A stretch of DNA of 64,000 bases from Octopus vulgaris. Taxonomy: Eukaryota. Of this stretch, positions 1 through 13,935 are shown piece by piece. The number at the start of each line of letters is the position of its first letter. Position 1 is the first letter of the stretch. The position numbers were made by a program, and so were the translations under genes. The notes beneath the pieces were generated by a model. It was given only the letters and a program-made list of their open reading frames with translations, did not search any database and was not told the DNA's origin. The DNA is taken from assembly GCA_951406725.2 (NCBI GenBank), contig OX597814.1, positions 168,454,001-168,518,000 on the forward strand, written 5' to 3'.

Positions 1-455
1 AACCTCAGTAATATTTTTCTAAACTTTTTCTGGAATAAATGAACCACAAAGTCAAATGCAGCATGAAAAAGTACATCAATATATCAAATTTGAAAATCTT
101 CACTTAATTTTAAAATTACTAAATCTGTGACAGCAACAGAAAAGATCTCTCTCTCTTTCTCCCTCCCTCCTTAACTCCCTCCCTTTCCCTCTCTCTTCCC
201 CCCTCTTTCTCTATCTATCAGTCTCTTTCACTTTTTGCTTTTCTCATTGTAAACTTCCCCTCTCTATATATATTTACCACTCTCTCTCTTCCCCCCTCTC
301 TCTCTGTATATTATATTCCTCATGCTGAGTATGTGTGTGTGTGTCAATGTATGTTTATGCATGTGTGTAAGGAGTTTCATTAGGGTGACTGTGATTGAAA
401 GAAGGTATGTAATTTATTTTAATAACATATTTTTCTGTTAGTAGATATGTTTTTT

Positions 456-499
<44 letters not shown>

Positions 500-774
500 A
501 CATACATGGACTCACTTGGTGTGGGGTGGCAGTTAAAAATTTAAATTAGAAAACTTTTCTTGCTGTTGTTTAAATCCCAGCGATAGACCACCCTTGGGCT
601 AAACAAAACTGTTACTTCTTCATCATTGAATAGAATGCTGTATAGCAATTGTTATAATCCATGGTGCTCAGAGTTCAAACCCCACTGAAGTCTTTGCCTT
701 TCATTGTTTCAGGTTGATTAAAAAAAATACCCATCCAAGGCTGTTGATTGGCAGAACTATTAGAGAGTAACTAA

Positions 775-1175
775 GGCGGTGAGCTGGTAGAATTGTTAGC
801 ACGCCAGGTGAAATGCTTAGTGGTATTTCGTCTGTCTTTATGTTCTGAGTTCAAATTCCGCCGAGGTTGACTTTGCCTTTCATCTTTTAGGGGTCGATAA
901 ATTAAGTACCAGTTACACATTGGGGTTGATGTAATCTACTTAATCCATTTGTCTGTCCTTGTTTGTCCCCTTGTGGGTAGTAAAGAAATAAGTATTTCGT
1001 CTGTCTTCACGTTCTGAGCTCAAATTCTGCCGAAGTCGACTTTGCCTTTCATCCTTTAGGGATCGATAAATTAAGTACCAGTTACACACTGGGGTCGATG
1101 TAATTGACTTAATTCCTTTGTCTGTCCTTGTTTGTCCCCTCTATGTTTAGCCCCTTGTGAGTAATAAAGAAATAA
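775..1175 (+). mobile_element. tRNA-derived SINE (family S2) with internal tandem duplication, nested in an older S2 copy
   Basis: Head ggcggtgagctggtagaattgttagc and B-box-like gagttcaaattcc. Segment 991-1175 repeats about 822-990. Flanking direct repeat agaa(c/t)tattagagagtaa at 753-770 and 1175-1192 looks like a TSD. More copies near 5030, 7282, 8146, 8297, 17664(-), 21985, 22855(-), 28530(-), 33095 and 41135(-). Confidence 0.85.
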
Positions 1176-2280
1176 GAATTATTAGAGAGTAAGATGAGAT
1201 GCCTTGCAATATCTGTACTGGTTCTTGGTATCCTGATGGCAGTGCCTACCACAACACTACCAAGATGTATTAGTCCAAGTTGGCAGCCTTTCCCCTGGAT
1301 TAATATTAGTGTCACAGAGAGGGGAGACTGAATCCATGGGCGGTTCTCAAGTCTTCCTCTTAATTCTCTTACTTAGGTTTGTTCATACATGAACAGATGC
1401 ACAATCGACCATGAATAATGGAGGGACCTGTTGTTATATCATCCTTTTGTTCTTCTCAGTTCAAATCCTGGCACGGTAGACTGCTTTTTGTATTTCTGCC
1501 GGAGGAGGTTTAATAAAATAAGCACCAGTTAAGTGCTGGAGTCAATCTGATGAAATGTTCTCCCCCATTTACTACATAGACAAAAAAACAAACTATTAAA
1601 CTATTATTCTGAGTATAGACATTTGAACTGAAGAGATCAAACGTGTTATAAACTTATATAATTTTAGATAGGTTTATAATATATCAGAGTTTGTGTTGTG
1701 TCTATATTAGTTAATTAGTTGTTTATATTATATTTGTGATGTTAATGTTTTTATTAAAAAATAAACCTTTTATTATAATATGATTATTACTAAAAGCTCT
1801 ACCAAAGTTCAATAGATTGATTTTCTGTAGAATTATTTGGATAATTTAATAAACAGGAGTTGTGTCAATGTTAGAAAATAAGATTTAGAGATGACTAGAG
1901 TGGCAAATTGCCAGAATTAATAAAATTTCCAACAAAATACTGCTGTGTTATAATATTTTGGTCGCTATTTTCGAAGCCTGTTAGGTTAAGCACCTACACA
2001 TGATGCTGAAATCTGCATCTGTTACAAAGGTTTGTATTTGTCTTGTTCTTTTCAACCAAATAATTTGAAGGTACCTGTCAAGCTAAGTTTACTATATGTT
2101 CCACACTACCACACATACACACACAAACGAAAATTTTGCAGGTTCATGTCAGTGATAGATATAAGTATTTACAATTTACATGGTTGATAGAAATATCTGA
2201 GGTTGTAGAGTTCTGCTATACATAAAAATATTTTAATGAAAGCCATCTAGCCAATTGGCAAAAACTCATACACCAACATA

Positions 2281-3846
2281 CTGTAGTGGCTAAAATTTAG
2301 AGAATGATAATAAAAATTAGATATTTACATTTCTACTTCATTTTTCTGAACTGGATTTTTACTGTATATACTTATATACTCTAAAGTATGTTCATTATTT
2401 ACAATAAATTTTGTAGGAAGTGATTAATAACTAAATAGTATATAATAGAGAAAATGTTTATTTGAAAAATACAAGATGGAAAAAATATGGCTTAAATTAA
2501 AAAAATAGAATCTGCCAACACTCCGACCAATGTAAACAAAGTTTACTTAACAGTGCAAAGAATCATATTGAACAGTAGTGAATTAAGAACAATGGAAAGC
2601 CTCAGTAAGTATGTAATCACACCGGAAAAAGAAAGAATGACAATTTTTGCTTTTATCAGAGACATTAATTGATCAAAAAATGTTGTTTCAAGAAAACTCA
2701 AGCTTTATGAAGAAACAATCTTGTTTGTGTCATTAGAAAAACGAAGGAGACCATGGAAAACAAGTGTTCTGCAAGACTGTGTTATTCAGAGGCTGTTGTT
2801 AAGAGACCATTTCGATACTACTGCAGTTATGTCTTGCCAAATTGTGATTATGGGATAAATGTGTCTCAGAAGGTTGTGGCTCATCATTTGAAAGAAGTCA
2901 GGCTTCATTCACAATCCCCTGCCATTAAACCTCTCATCAGTAATGAAGAACAAAAAAGTGAAGTTAGTCTTTGCGAAAGAGCACGTACTTTGGACTTACT
3001 ACAACTGATTGCGTGTGATCTTCAGTGATGAAAGCAAGTTCAATTTGGTTGGCTCCATTGGTAGACAGAATATGAAAAATAGTAAAGGTGAAAGATTGCT
3101 CCCTAAATGCATGTAGAAATCAGTGAATTTTAGAGGTTGGGGGTTTAATGGTGTGGGGAATGGTTTCTGCAGTAGGTGTTGGGCCTTTGATCCAGATCCA
3201 AGGTAATGTGAATGCAGCCATATACAAAAGCAAAGTTCTGCAGCATGTTTTGTCAGCTTTCTCCAAATTATCAGCCAATCTTTATGCAGAATAATGTGCC
3301 ACATCACTGCTAAAATAGTTAAGGAGGTGTTTGAAGCAGAAAACATCACTGTGATGTGTTGGCCAGCTCAGAACACTGACCTTAATCCCATTGAAAACTT
3401 ATGGAAGATACTTGGTGATCAGATCAGAGAACACTAACCTGTGAATGTTATGATTTTGTAGGGAAAACTTCAAGAAGAATGGAATAAAATTATGTCAGAA
3501 CAGTGTGAGAAATTGGTCCAGTTCTGTGGATGGAGATGTGCTGAAGTCATTAAAAATGAAATAATGTACACATATTAATATATTGATGTGGATTGTAAAA
3601 ATTTCTAGCAAAATTTTGATTTCTTGAACTTTATGTCATATGTCCTCTAATTTTGTCCATCTTGTACTTTTCAAATAAATATTTTTCTATCATAAATTAC
3701 TTAGTTATTAATCACTTCCTACAAAATTTATTGTAAATAATGAACTACTTTAAAATATATACAGTAAAAATTCCATTTGGGAAAATGAAGTAGAAATTTA
3801 AATACCTTTAATTTTTATTTTTGTTTTTTAATTTTAGCCACTATTG
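2281..3846 (+). mobile_element. Degenerate Tc1-type DNA transposon with ~200-bp TIRs and TA target duplication
   Basis: TA|ctgtagtggctaaaattt ... attttagccactattg|TA. 2281-~2485 is the reverse complement of ~3645-3846. Internal translated motifs: RRPWKTS, VIFSDESKFNL (~3014-3046) and WPAQNTDLNPIENLW (~3360-3404). Many stops and frameshifts. Confidence 0.9.
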
Positions 3847-4277
3847 TATGCTACTAATGAGAGTATCTTTTATAGGCTTTTTTAACTGCTAGAAGCAACA
3901 ATCAAATCTTCCTCAAATCACTCTCTGCCTTTCTAAAAAGGATCTATTGAATGATATAGTTCAAGATGTCCTGTGTCTAGAAAAAAATATATATGAGATA
4001 GTTACTGGCTGAACCCTTTTGATAATAGGCCTACCCAACCAGAGCTGAAATGAGGCTAAACGACAATGGTGAATGTTGTCTCACATGTTTGACATCTTTC
4101 ATCCACAGTGATTCCATCACATTAGGCCTAGCATTTGTAGCAAGTTTAGATTTAGTTGTGTTCATAACCAGAGAAGGTGTGATATTAAAGTATTTCCTAT
4201 ATATATGTAGCAATTGTCTACTTTCCTTATGCTGCTGAAGGGAACTTGGATTTTACGACTGTATTACAGGATGTTGT

Positions 4278-4935
4278 GAAAGTGTGTGGCTTAGTGGTGA
4301 GTGGTATTTGTCTCACAATCATAAGGTTGTGAGTCTGATTCTTGGTAGCACATTGTGTCCTTGAGCAAGGCATTTTATTTCACATTGCACTAGTTCACTC
4401 AGCTGGCAAAAATGAGTTGTACTTGTATTTCAAAGGGCCAGTCTTGTCACATTTTGTGTGTCATCTTGAATCTCCCTGAGAACTACCTGTGTTTGTGGGG
4501 TGCTCAGCCACTTGCATGTTAATTTCATGTTTTGTTGATTGAATCAGTGAAGGCACATGGCTCAGTGGTTAGAGCGTCGAAGTTACGATCATGAGGTTGT
4601 GAGTTCGATTCCTGGACCGGGCTGTGTGTTGTGTTCTTGAGCAAGACACTTTATTTCATGTTGCTCCAGTTAACTCATCTATAGAAATGAGTTGCGACAT
4701 CACTGGTGTCAAGATGTATCAGCCTTTGCCTTTCCCTTGGATAACATCAGTGGTGTGGAAAGAGGAGGCTGGTATGCATGGGCAACTTGCTGGCCTTCCA
4801 TAAACAACCTTGCCTGGACTTGTGCCTTGGAAGGTAACTTTCTAGGTGCAATCTCATGGTCATTCATGACCGAAGGGGGACTCCTCCTAACTGAATCAAC
4901 TGGGACCCTTGTCATAACCAACAGAATGCCAGTTT
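4278..4935 (+). mobile_element. Nested tRNA-derived SINEs (family S3, CORE-like central domain)
   Basis: Heads tggcttagtggt and tggctcagtggttagagc with B box gagttcgattcc, followed by ttgagcaagacacttt...ctccagttaactca. More copies at 6511, 15816, 32784, 36242 and 40465(-). Confidence 0.8.
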
Positions 4936-5502
4936 TCTTATTTTATTATAGGATATTCTCAGGTTATTTGTTCATAGTAGTTTTAAATATCTGTAGTGAG
5001 GTGTTTCTGTTGCATAGAGAGGGCTAAAGTAGCTAGCTGGCAAAATTGTTACCATGCCAGACAAAATGCTTTAAGTTCTGATTTCAAATGTGACCAAGGT
5101 TGAACTTATCCTTCACCCTTTTGGGCTTAATAAGATAAATTTCAGTCAAGCACTAGTATTGATGTAATTAACTAGTCCCTTTCTTGCCCCAAATTTCAGG
5201 CCTTCTGCCTATAGTATCAAGGATTATTATTAGTTTTATTAATGAACTGAGAGGGAAATTTCAATGTCTTGGAGATAACAGAGTAATCTGGGCCTTTTGA
5301 ATTATTTCTAAGTGGATTTCTTAACTATTGGGGGTTCTATTTATTTTTCTGAATTTAATTTTTATATATTTTGTTATATTCTTATTGTTGTTATTTTTCT
5401 TTTGAACGATGTAAATGCCACCTTTTTGTGTGTTGTATTTTGTTCTTTGATATTGCACTCAATGTCGTGGGCCCTTGTGGCCTATAAACAAAATCATCAT
5501 CA

Positions 5503-5558
<56 letters not shown>

Positions 5559-6324
5559 GTTATAAATATTATTATTACCCTCTCATGCAAAAAACGTTTT
5601 ATTTATGCTCCCATTAAGAGATTATATTTTGTAATGTTTAAAAAAAATTGGATTAATACTTATGTGTTGCATTATGTAGAATTTCCATAGAACGATGTGA
5701 GGAATTTGTTTTCATCCATTCATATATTTAGTTTCACTACCACATTTACAGAAAAAAAAAAAGACGTTTTGAATATATTTTTACTGTTATCCAGTTTTCA
5801 GCAAAAAATGCCCAGAAAGGAAGAAAAAAAAAAAAAGAACGTTCTGTTTTTGTTTTGCATTGATAAACACAGAGAGGGAAAAAACAAAATGAACAGAAAC
5901 TTTTTTGAAGAAAACACTAACAGTAAAAAAGCAGGGAAAATATTTGCATTTTTAATATGAATTTAAGTGATATTAATGACTCAACTAATACCCACATCAA
6001 CAATAGCAACAACAGCCTTCACATACACACGAAAACAGATGATGGTATTTTGAATTCAGATCAGATGTGGTCGTTCATAAATATTCTCCAGAATAAAAAA
6101 AGCAGAAACAAAAAAACGCTTGGTGTGAAGTTTTTTGAAGAAATTACTGCAAAATGGAATTTATATGTGAATAAAGTGGGGACTTCTCTGCCTAACCAAC
6201 GAAGAATGAAGGAAGGTGAAAAAAGAAAAATTAATTCTACTTTGACAAAACTGCAGGGGGTTTTCCTTGATACCTCTGAGGAGCATTTGGAGATTAATGA
6301 GACACAATAAAAGAAATTTCTTTC

Positions 6325-6880
6325 ATTAGCTCTTTGGGCGATATCCAACTCAACTATTCTGCTTGTTTTATGTTCAAACAAGCCAGATCTGGCCTCTCAC
6401 ACCTACCCTATAATGTCATTGTAAATCACATCATCAAAATCTAGAAGCTATGAGATAATACGTAATTAATTTAAAACAATGTCAATAAATAAGCATAACA
6501 TTTGACAGAGGGAAGCTACATGGCTCAGTGGTTAGAGCATCGGGTTTACAAATGTGAGGTTGTGATTTCAATTCCCAGACCAGACTGCGGGTTGTGTTCT
6601 TGAGCAAGTTGCTTTATTTTACATTGCTCCATTTCACTCAGCTGTAGAAATGAGTTGCAACATCACTGGTGCTAAGCTATATTGGTATTTTCCTTTCTCT
6701 TAGACAATGTCAGTGATATGGAAAGGGAGGACTGGTATGCATGAGCCACTACTGGTCTTCCACAAACGACCCAGACTTGTGCTTCAGGGAGGAACTTTCT
6801 AGATGCTACCCCACAATCATTCATGACCAAAGGGGGTCTTTACCCTTTGCATTTGACAGAGTTATCTGGTTGCCAAAGGG
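6325..6880. mobile_element. piggyBac-type MITE interrupted by an S3 SINE (6511-6849)
   Basis: Ends in aaagggTTAA, and the body is reverse-complementary to the MITE at 40748-40966. The SINE is flanked by the 12-bp direct repeat catttgacagag (6499-6510, 6850-6861). Confidence 0.7.
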
Positions 6881-7561
6881 TTAAGGAGAGGTTGGGGATA
6901 GGATATAATCTGTGTCATATTTGGAAGCTGAAAAGAAGGTAAAAGCTCAAACCTAGATAGTAAGAGTCATGCCTGTTCTTAAACTGACCCCACAATATAC
7001 GGAATGGAAAAACATGAGGGCCACCATTAATGACAAAAGAGATGATGTTGGCCCTTGGCTCATGATCACATTTGTGGAATAATATGGACAGTTGGTTGGT
7101 ATTGATGTAACTATCCATGATACGTCATCAGGTGGGTTCATATGCATCATAGACTCCAGATTATTTTTAATGTTATTACTATTACTATTTCATTATCGTC
7201 ATTATTATCATTGCTATTGTTATTTCATCATCATCATAGTCATCGTCAGTGTTACCACCACCACCACCATCATTATTAAAGAGGTGCGCTGGCAGAATTT
7301 TTAGCACATCAGACAAAACATTTGGTGGTATTTCTTCTGCTTCTTTTGCATTCTGAGTTCAAATCCTGCATAAGTAACTTTGCCTTTCATCCTTTTGGGG
7401 GGTAATAAAACAAAGTACCAGTCAAGTACTGGAGTCGATGTAATCAATTTGCCCTTCCTCTCAAAAATTGCTGGCCTTGTGCCAAAAATATGAAATATGA
7501 AACCTTTATTATTATTATGATTATGATTATTATTATGATTATGATTATTATTATTATTATT

Positions 7562-8105
7562 GAGTGAGAGAGCAGTGCATGCCATCAAAGTGACACTGGG
7601 GTAAAATATACGAAGCCCAGTATATCCATTATGACTACCTGTCTGATAAGAGTACACTAGGCACATGCATCACAACCATATGTGTGTGACATGGTGATCT
7701 TATATCAAGATAAACAGTACATGACCTTGCAGGTGGGGCCCAGTTAGAATTTTCTTCTGGTCGAGTAACCCATCCTGCTCAAAAGGACCCTGAATAAGGA
7801 TTGTTTAAGGATGTTGAACGAAACAGAAGTGAATTATTCAAACCCCAAAGAATCCCTCTCAACACATGGCTATGATGCTCCCACTACTTCTGCTTGTGAT
7901 CAGAGATGCACATATCATCAGCCACTAAGGGACATGCTCAACTGGTTAAGGTCAAACAACTGACAAGTAGATCTGTGGTATTGAGCAGAATATTTGCTGT
8001 AGCCTATCTTTTATACCAAGACAAACCAATGTACATGATAAGACTTGCAATCAGTTAAGATCAGAAGCCATGAGAGCCACTGCCTGGTACTGCATCAGGG
8101 CATTT
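7562..8105. mobile_element. ~550-bp non-coding interspersed element embedded in (ATT/TAA)n
   Basis: Highly similar inverted copy at 23120-23676 with the same two ends, both flanked by (TAA)n. A terminal fragment lies at 22805-22855. No ORF or tRNA head. Confidence 0.85.
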
Positions 8106-9345
8106 ATTATTATTATTATTATCATCATCATCATTATTATTATTGTCAAGAATTTTGCCGAGGTCCACTTTGCCTTTCATCCTTTCGGAGTCAATAAAAT
8201 AAATACCAGTTGAACACTGGGGTCGATGTAATTGACTCATCCCCTCCCACAAAATGGCTGTCTTTGTGGCAAAATTTGAAACAATTATTATTGTCATGGC
8301 AGTGAGCTAGCAAATCATTAGCATATTCAATAAAATGCATTGCAGCATGTCATCTGTCTTTACATTGTGAGTTCAAATTCTGCTAATGTCAGCTTTGCCT
8401 TTCATCCAATCAGGGTTGATGAAATATGTACCAGTGGAGCATTGGACTGAATATAATCAACTATCTCCCTCTCCCTCCCTTCGGTAGGTTGTAATTTCAA
8501 GGAAATTTGGTTGTTATTTCTAGCTGTCAAGCAACTGCATAAAGACTTCCTCGTTTCATTAACTCCTAGCAAGATTCTCTTCTACTTCAAGAGTCTGCAG
8601 CTGAGATCCTCCTCCTCCTCCTCCTCATCATCATCATCATCATCATCACCACCATCACCACCATCACCACTATCACCCCCACCCATCATCAATTTATGCT
8701 TACTTTTCCATGATTGCATGGGTCAGACAGATTTTTATTGCGGCAGATTTTCTAAATCTGGATGCACTTCACAAAGCTTGTGTCATGCATGAATTATTGT
8801 CCCCCATTAGCTTTGGTTGATTCTCAATTTCCAATAACACACACCTGGTTGGACAGTTTCCTTCCTCTGTTGAGGTGTGAAATTCTTCAAAATATAACAT
8901 CAAACATGGCCTGGTGTTCAGCACCACAGCAGTGGTCAGCAAAACCTACGCTGCATTTGAGTAATAATAGTAGAGATAAATGAAATGTGTCCATAAATTT
9001 CCTCTTTAGTTTTGTACTCATGCTGTGAAATATTTTGAATGCACATGAGAAGCAAGGTGTACATGCCATCAAAGCAATTATGAAGCATCTTCTTTATAAT
9101 TCAGGATTTGATTATTTCTCTTTTATATCTTACTTGCTTCAATCATTAGACTGTGGCCATGCTGGGGTACTTCCTTGAATTTTTAGCCAAACGAATCAAT
9201 CCTAGTAGTTATTTTTTTAAAGTTATGGGAATGCAAACGCACCAACACCGGTTGTTAAATGGTAGGGGGTGGGGGGCAAATACAAACAGAAAGATATACA
9301 CACATAGATATACATCCACACAGGCATACATGTATATGTATGCAT

Positions 9346-9800
9346 AGTTGAAATTTATAGAAAAACAAAAGACGAAGACAGGTGTATGAACAACAAGCAG
9401 GTGTATTAGTTTGATGCTATCTCAATTACTACCTGAACTTTCTGCACCTCTCCTCATCTACGTATCAGCACTCCACCCGGATTACCCCTGGATATACATA
9501 TGGATTTCACCAGACTCTTCCGTTGATGAAAATCGCTCCAATATACGATGACATTTGAACTTTCTGAACTTTTTTGAACTTACTGTTTTTCTTACTTCGT
9601 ATGTTGTTACTTTGCCTTTCTAAATCCACAAGTGTTTTTTTATCCTCTCTCTGTTTATTTTCTCTTATTCCTTTCTGTTGAAGAGCATAGGCTTGGAACA
9701 TAAAAGACTTTATCATTTTTCTGAGTGTCAAACTAATACATCTGCTTGTTTTTCATGCACCTGTCTTTGTCTTTTGTTTTTCTGTAAATTTCAACTATAT
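9346..9800 (+). mobile_element. Penelope-like terminal-repeat element, family B, with inverted partial copy; inserted in the internal TA/CA tract of an S1 SINE
   Basis: 9346-9418 is the reverse complement of ~9724-9800, and the 3' end abuts (TA)n. Related copies at 14168-14330(-) and 18565-18745(+). Contains a hammerhead-like motif at 9671-9706. The host S1 SINE continues on both sides (9125-9345, 9878-10010, minus strand). Confidence 0.65.
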
Positions 9801-9821
9801 ATAAATAAATATATATATAAA

Positions 9822-9878
<57 letters not shown>

Positions 9879-10479
9879 AGGCTTTTGTCAGTTTCCATCT
9901 ATCAAATCCACTCACAAGGCTTTGGTCAGCCCGAGGCTATAGTAGAAGACCCTTGCCTAAGGTGCCACATAGCACAGTGGGACTGAACCCGGAACCATGT
10001 GGTTGAGAAGTAACATTTCCTGAAAAAAACAATGCCATTTGTGTTGAATTTGAAATTCTGTATGATCTCTTTAACTCTTTTACTTGTTGTGATCATTAGA
10101 TTGTGGCCATGCTGGAGTACCACCTTCAAATTTTATTTGAATTAATTGACCCCAGGACTTTTTTTTTAAGCCTGGTACTTATTCAATTGGTCTCTTTTAG
10201 CTGAACTGCTATATTATGGGGATGTAAACACACCAATACTAGTTGTGTTGTCAAACAGCAGTAGGGACAAATGCAAACACACACACACACACACACTACC
10301 AAATTTACTCAAGAGGCTTTGGTCAATCCAAGGCTATAGTAGAAAACACTTGCCCAAGGTGGCACACAGTGGAAATGAACCCAGGACCATGTGGTTGGGA
10401 AGCAAACTTTTTACAACATAGCCACGGGAACAACTTGTTAACATCCCTTGGGAATGACCCTATTTCTCAATGTAGAAAA

Positions 10480-10660
10480 GACTGAATACATAACCCTCAT
10501 TGGGAATGAAAGCTACCAAAGAATTTGTTCAAACAGTGACAAACACCTCAAGAGGGACAATGATTTCAAGTACCTTGGGTACTCTGTTGCTGACTGTAAA
10601 GATAAGTCTTTCTGACATGCCAGGAAGAAACCTGGAGAGTCTGTAATATCTGTAGTAAGC
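10480..10660 (+). pseudogene. Short RTE-type LINE RT fragment
   Basis: Translates to LKRDNDFKYLGYSVAD, resembling the LINE RT motif FKYLG. Confidence 0.4.
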
Positions 10661-11022
10661 TAGGAACGTAAGTCATTCTTAACACTATTGTGGAAATCTT
10701 GAACATTTCACATGAGTGTTTTTTGCATTCATAAATCAAGCAATAACTTATGCTTACTAAAAAAATGCATTATTCGTGATTTTGTTGTGGTTGTCACTGT
10801 CGTAGGAGTTTTAGTACTGTTATAATATTTTTCTCATATGTTTAACATTTTAGTTGGTATTTTAAATGTCAAATGGAAAACAAACAAAAATAATTATTTG
10901 TAAATAAAATGAAAATAAAACACTGTAGCATATTCTGTAACATTCATATTACTCTAATATCATGTAAGGAAATGATATCTTTTCAGAACCATAAAAGAAT
11001 ATTTTCAGTATATGAATCTGAA

Positions 11023-11059
11023 ATACATACATACATACATACATACATACATACATACA

Positions 11060-11091
<32 letters not shown>

Positions 11092-11455
11092 CATGCATAC
11101 ATACATGCATGCATACATACATATTTATATATATTATATAATATGTATATTATGTAAATACATGTATTATAGATACACTCACACACATATGGATTGTGTG
11201 TGTACGCATGTGCCTAGGACGGCTGCTTAGAATATGGAAAGGCTTCCTGAATTGTGCAGGGTCTGCTCTGACACCACAAGGGTAGCAGTGACTCAAGGAT
11301 TGAAGCTTTTAACCAAACTACTATACTTTCATTTATATATATATATATATGTGTGTGTGTGTATATATATATATGTATATGTATATATATATATATGTAT
11401 ATACATATATATACATATATATATGTATATATATATATGTGTGTGTGTATATATG

Positions 11456-11518
<63 letters not shown>

Positions 11519-11645
11519 TACACACACACAGACAGATATACATACATACATACATACATACGTGTGTGTGTGTATGTGAATGCATGTATGTGTGTGTGTG
11601 TGCATATGTGAATGTATGTATTGGTATGTATGGGTACGTATGTAT
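11023..11645. repeat. (TACA)n and (TA)n/(TG)n microsatellite cluster
   Basis: Directly visible simple repeats. The ORFs listed here are artefacts. Confidence 0.95.
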
Positions 11646-11843
11646 CATTTTTGGGTATTGCAGGTACAGGTAGCTACGTGCATGTTTGTGTAGGTGGGTG
11701 CATTAATAAATCATAGAACTCAAAAATCCAAAATCCTAAATACCATGGAAGATTGGAATAAGGAGACTCTTGATAGTTATTTATGATATTTCTATCAGCT
11801 ATTTCCTCCTCCACTGCTATTATTAAATTGAACACCAACAGAA

Positions 11844-12089
11844 GCAACAACAACAACAACAACAAAAACAACAACAGCAGCAGCAGTAGCAATAACAACA
11901 ACAACAACCACCAGAACAACAACAGAAGTAGCATGTTATTATGTATTGCTGAAACAAATTCAGACATAAGGAGACAGTGGCATCTGATGAAAACTGGAAT
12001 TGCATGAGATGGTGATGATAAAGATGATGATGATGATGATGATGACGATGATGATGACGACGATGATGATGATGATGATGATGATGATA

Positions 12090-12128
<39 letters not shown>
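11844..12128. repeat. (CAA/CAG)n and (GAT)n trinucleotide tracts
   Basis: Directly visible. Confidence 0.95.
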
Positions 12129-12908
12129 TTGCTTGTATGATAGTTTCTAGCTGTCACTAGAACTTATCAAGATTTTCTTTTTGTTTTGTTTTATTATCTC
12201 TTATGTAACATTAAATATAAATTGGCTGTGTTTGTATCTCTCAGAGAAAAGTGAGTTTTGCTGTAGAGATAACACGAGTGTTAAGAAGCATTTCATTGGG
12301 AAAGAAAAAAAAATAATAAGAAGAAGAAATCTTGGATGATGTTTATTTCGAGAAAATGGCAGAAATAGGAGACCACTGTCTGTAGCAGATTATGTCTTGA
12401 ACAGAATAAAATTCTTTAAATTGATGATGTCTTGCAGGAACAAAATCCTCAGATTGTTTTAAGAAATTGTAAAGTCCATTTGTAGTAATAAATATTTCTT
12501 CAACTCTGGTACTCATGTATATTTGTCATCATTCTTAATAAGGCAGGGTTTTTGTAGTCATGTTAATTTTGTCAACAAGTAAAAGTAAGCTGCAAATGAG
12601 CTTAGATGTTCAACTCTATTTATCTCATTGGTATTGTAATCATTTTATACATTATACATTTTATAGATATTTACATATATACATATACACATCTGCATTT
12701 CTACACATACATACATTCATATATATATATTCATTTAAATATTTGTTGTGCAAGATTTTTTATGTGAAGTCGTGTGTTGAAACAGATATTGTTATATTTC
12801 GGAATGGTCATATTGCCAGTTTAGCCAATAAAAACACTACGCACTATATATTTGGTGTTATTTTGCTTCAGTGTTATTTATTTTTTACATTAATCTTAAT
12901 CTTATTTC

Positions 12909-12953
12909 GGCCAGAGTTCTTTCGTCACACTCCTGTGACTGCATCAGTGGTCC
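12909..12953 (-). ncRNA. Minimal type I hammerhead-like ribozyme motif, variant core CUGAUGC (family A pLTR)
   Basis: Minus strand: GGACCA-CTGATGC-A-GTCAC aggagt GTGAC-GAAA-GAAC-TC-TGGCC. Copies at 13963-14007(+) and 60136-60180(-). Confidence 0.65.
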
Positions 12954-13360
12954 TTTGTTTTCTTCTCTTCTTTCTTATTTGTGTCTCTCCTTACTAACTG
13001 TCAGCCATTTTGTATTTCTATTGTATGTCTTCATTTGCGTATGCGTATATCTCTATGTGCGTCTATGTTTATTTAGTGTGTGTATGTGGGGGATGCCTGT
13101 AATATTTGTATCTTCTGTTTATATATGTTCATGTAATTTGTATTTTGTTTTTGTTATTTTTGTTTATTCTTATTTTGTTCATGTGTTACATCCACTTATT
13201 ATTATCATTACATATGCTTGTAAGTATGTATGTATGTATAACAACAATACTAGTAATAATAATAATAAATCGAATAAAAAAAAATATATATATATATAGT
13301 TATTTATTTCTATTTGTTTATTTATCTGTGTATTTATTATGTTTTCGGGATCCTCTATCG

Positions 13361-13935
13361 TCATATGTTGTGGTGTGCGCTAGTGCTCCATTCTAGTTTT
13401 CTATTCAGGCTAGGTTTATTTTCTATTATGTGTGTAGCTTCTGTAATTTGTCTAATTGTTGCATCTGTTCTATGTGTGGACAATATTTTAATTTCTATGT
13501 TATTGATTGATCCCCCGTGTTCCTGTTCGGCGTGTTGGTACAGAATCGATGAGCTTTTACCTTCTTTGAGTTGTCTCCAATGTTCATTTACCTGCTCTCC
13601 TATGCTTCTCGCCGTTTCCCCTACGTATGTCATTGTCTTGTTACTGCATCGTCCCTCTATACATCTTATACTATAGACTACATTTCTGGCTTTACAGTTT
13701 GTTTGTGGGCTAAATCTACATACAGTACAGTACTTATCCATACAGGGGGTTCTACTAAAAGGATAGGTTCTACCAATTATAGATTTGATAGGGTTGCCTG
13801 GCTTTTCAACAACCTTAATTCTTAGCTTAAGTTTGTCTAGGGTCCTTCTAAAGCGGTACGCCAGTTCACCTCCAGGGGTGGTTGTCAACAAACATGACAC
13901 TCTGGTATTTATGGCTATCATACCAAGAGTTGGCA
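13361..13935 (-). pseudogene. Penelope-type GIY-YIG endonuclease domain (C-terminal fragment of PLE ORF)
   Basis: TTPGGEL...CMDKYCTVC...CKARNVVYSIRC...YVGETARSIGEQVNEH...RQITEATHI...PSLNRKLEW. The N-terminal ~40 aa of the listed ORF (to 14053) come from the inverted pLTR and are spurious. Confidence 0.88.

Noticed and set aside
5957-6310. 117-aa ORF in apparently unique sequence
   Set aside because: No recognisable domain or convincing splice structure, and the composition is A-rich.
7100-7140. CTGATGA on the minus strand (also plus-strand hits near 1547, 11984, 49845, 54524)
   Set aside because: No correctly placed stem II plus GAAA and no stem I. Chance heptamers.
10909-11673. Many overlapping YI/HT/CV-rich ORFs (also near 28300, 30250, 42700, 43900, 44300)
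   Set aside because: Translations of microsatellites.
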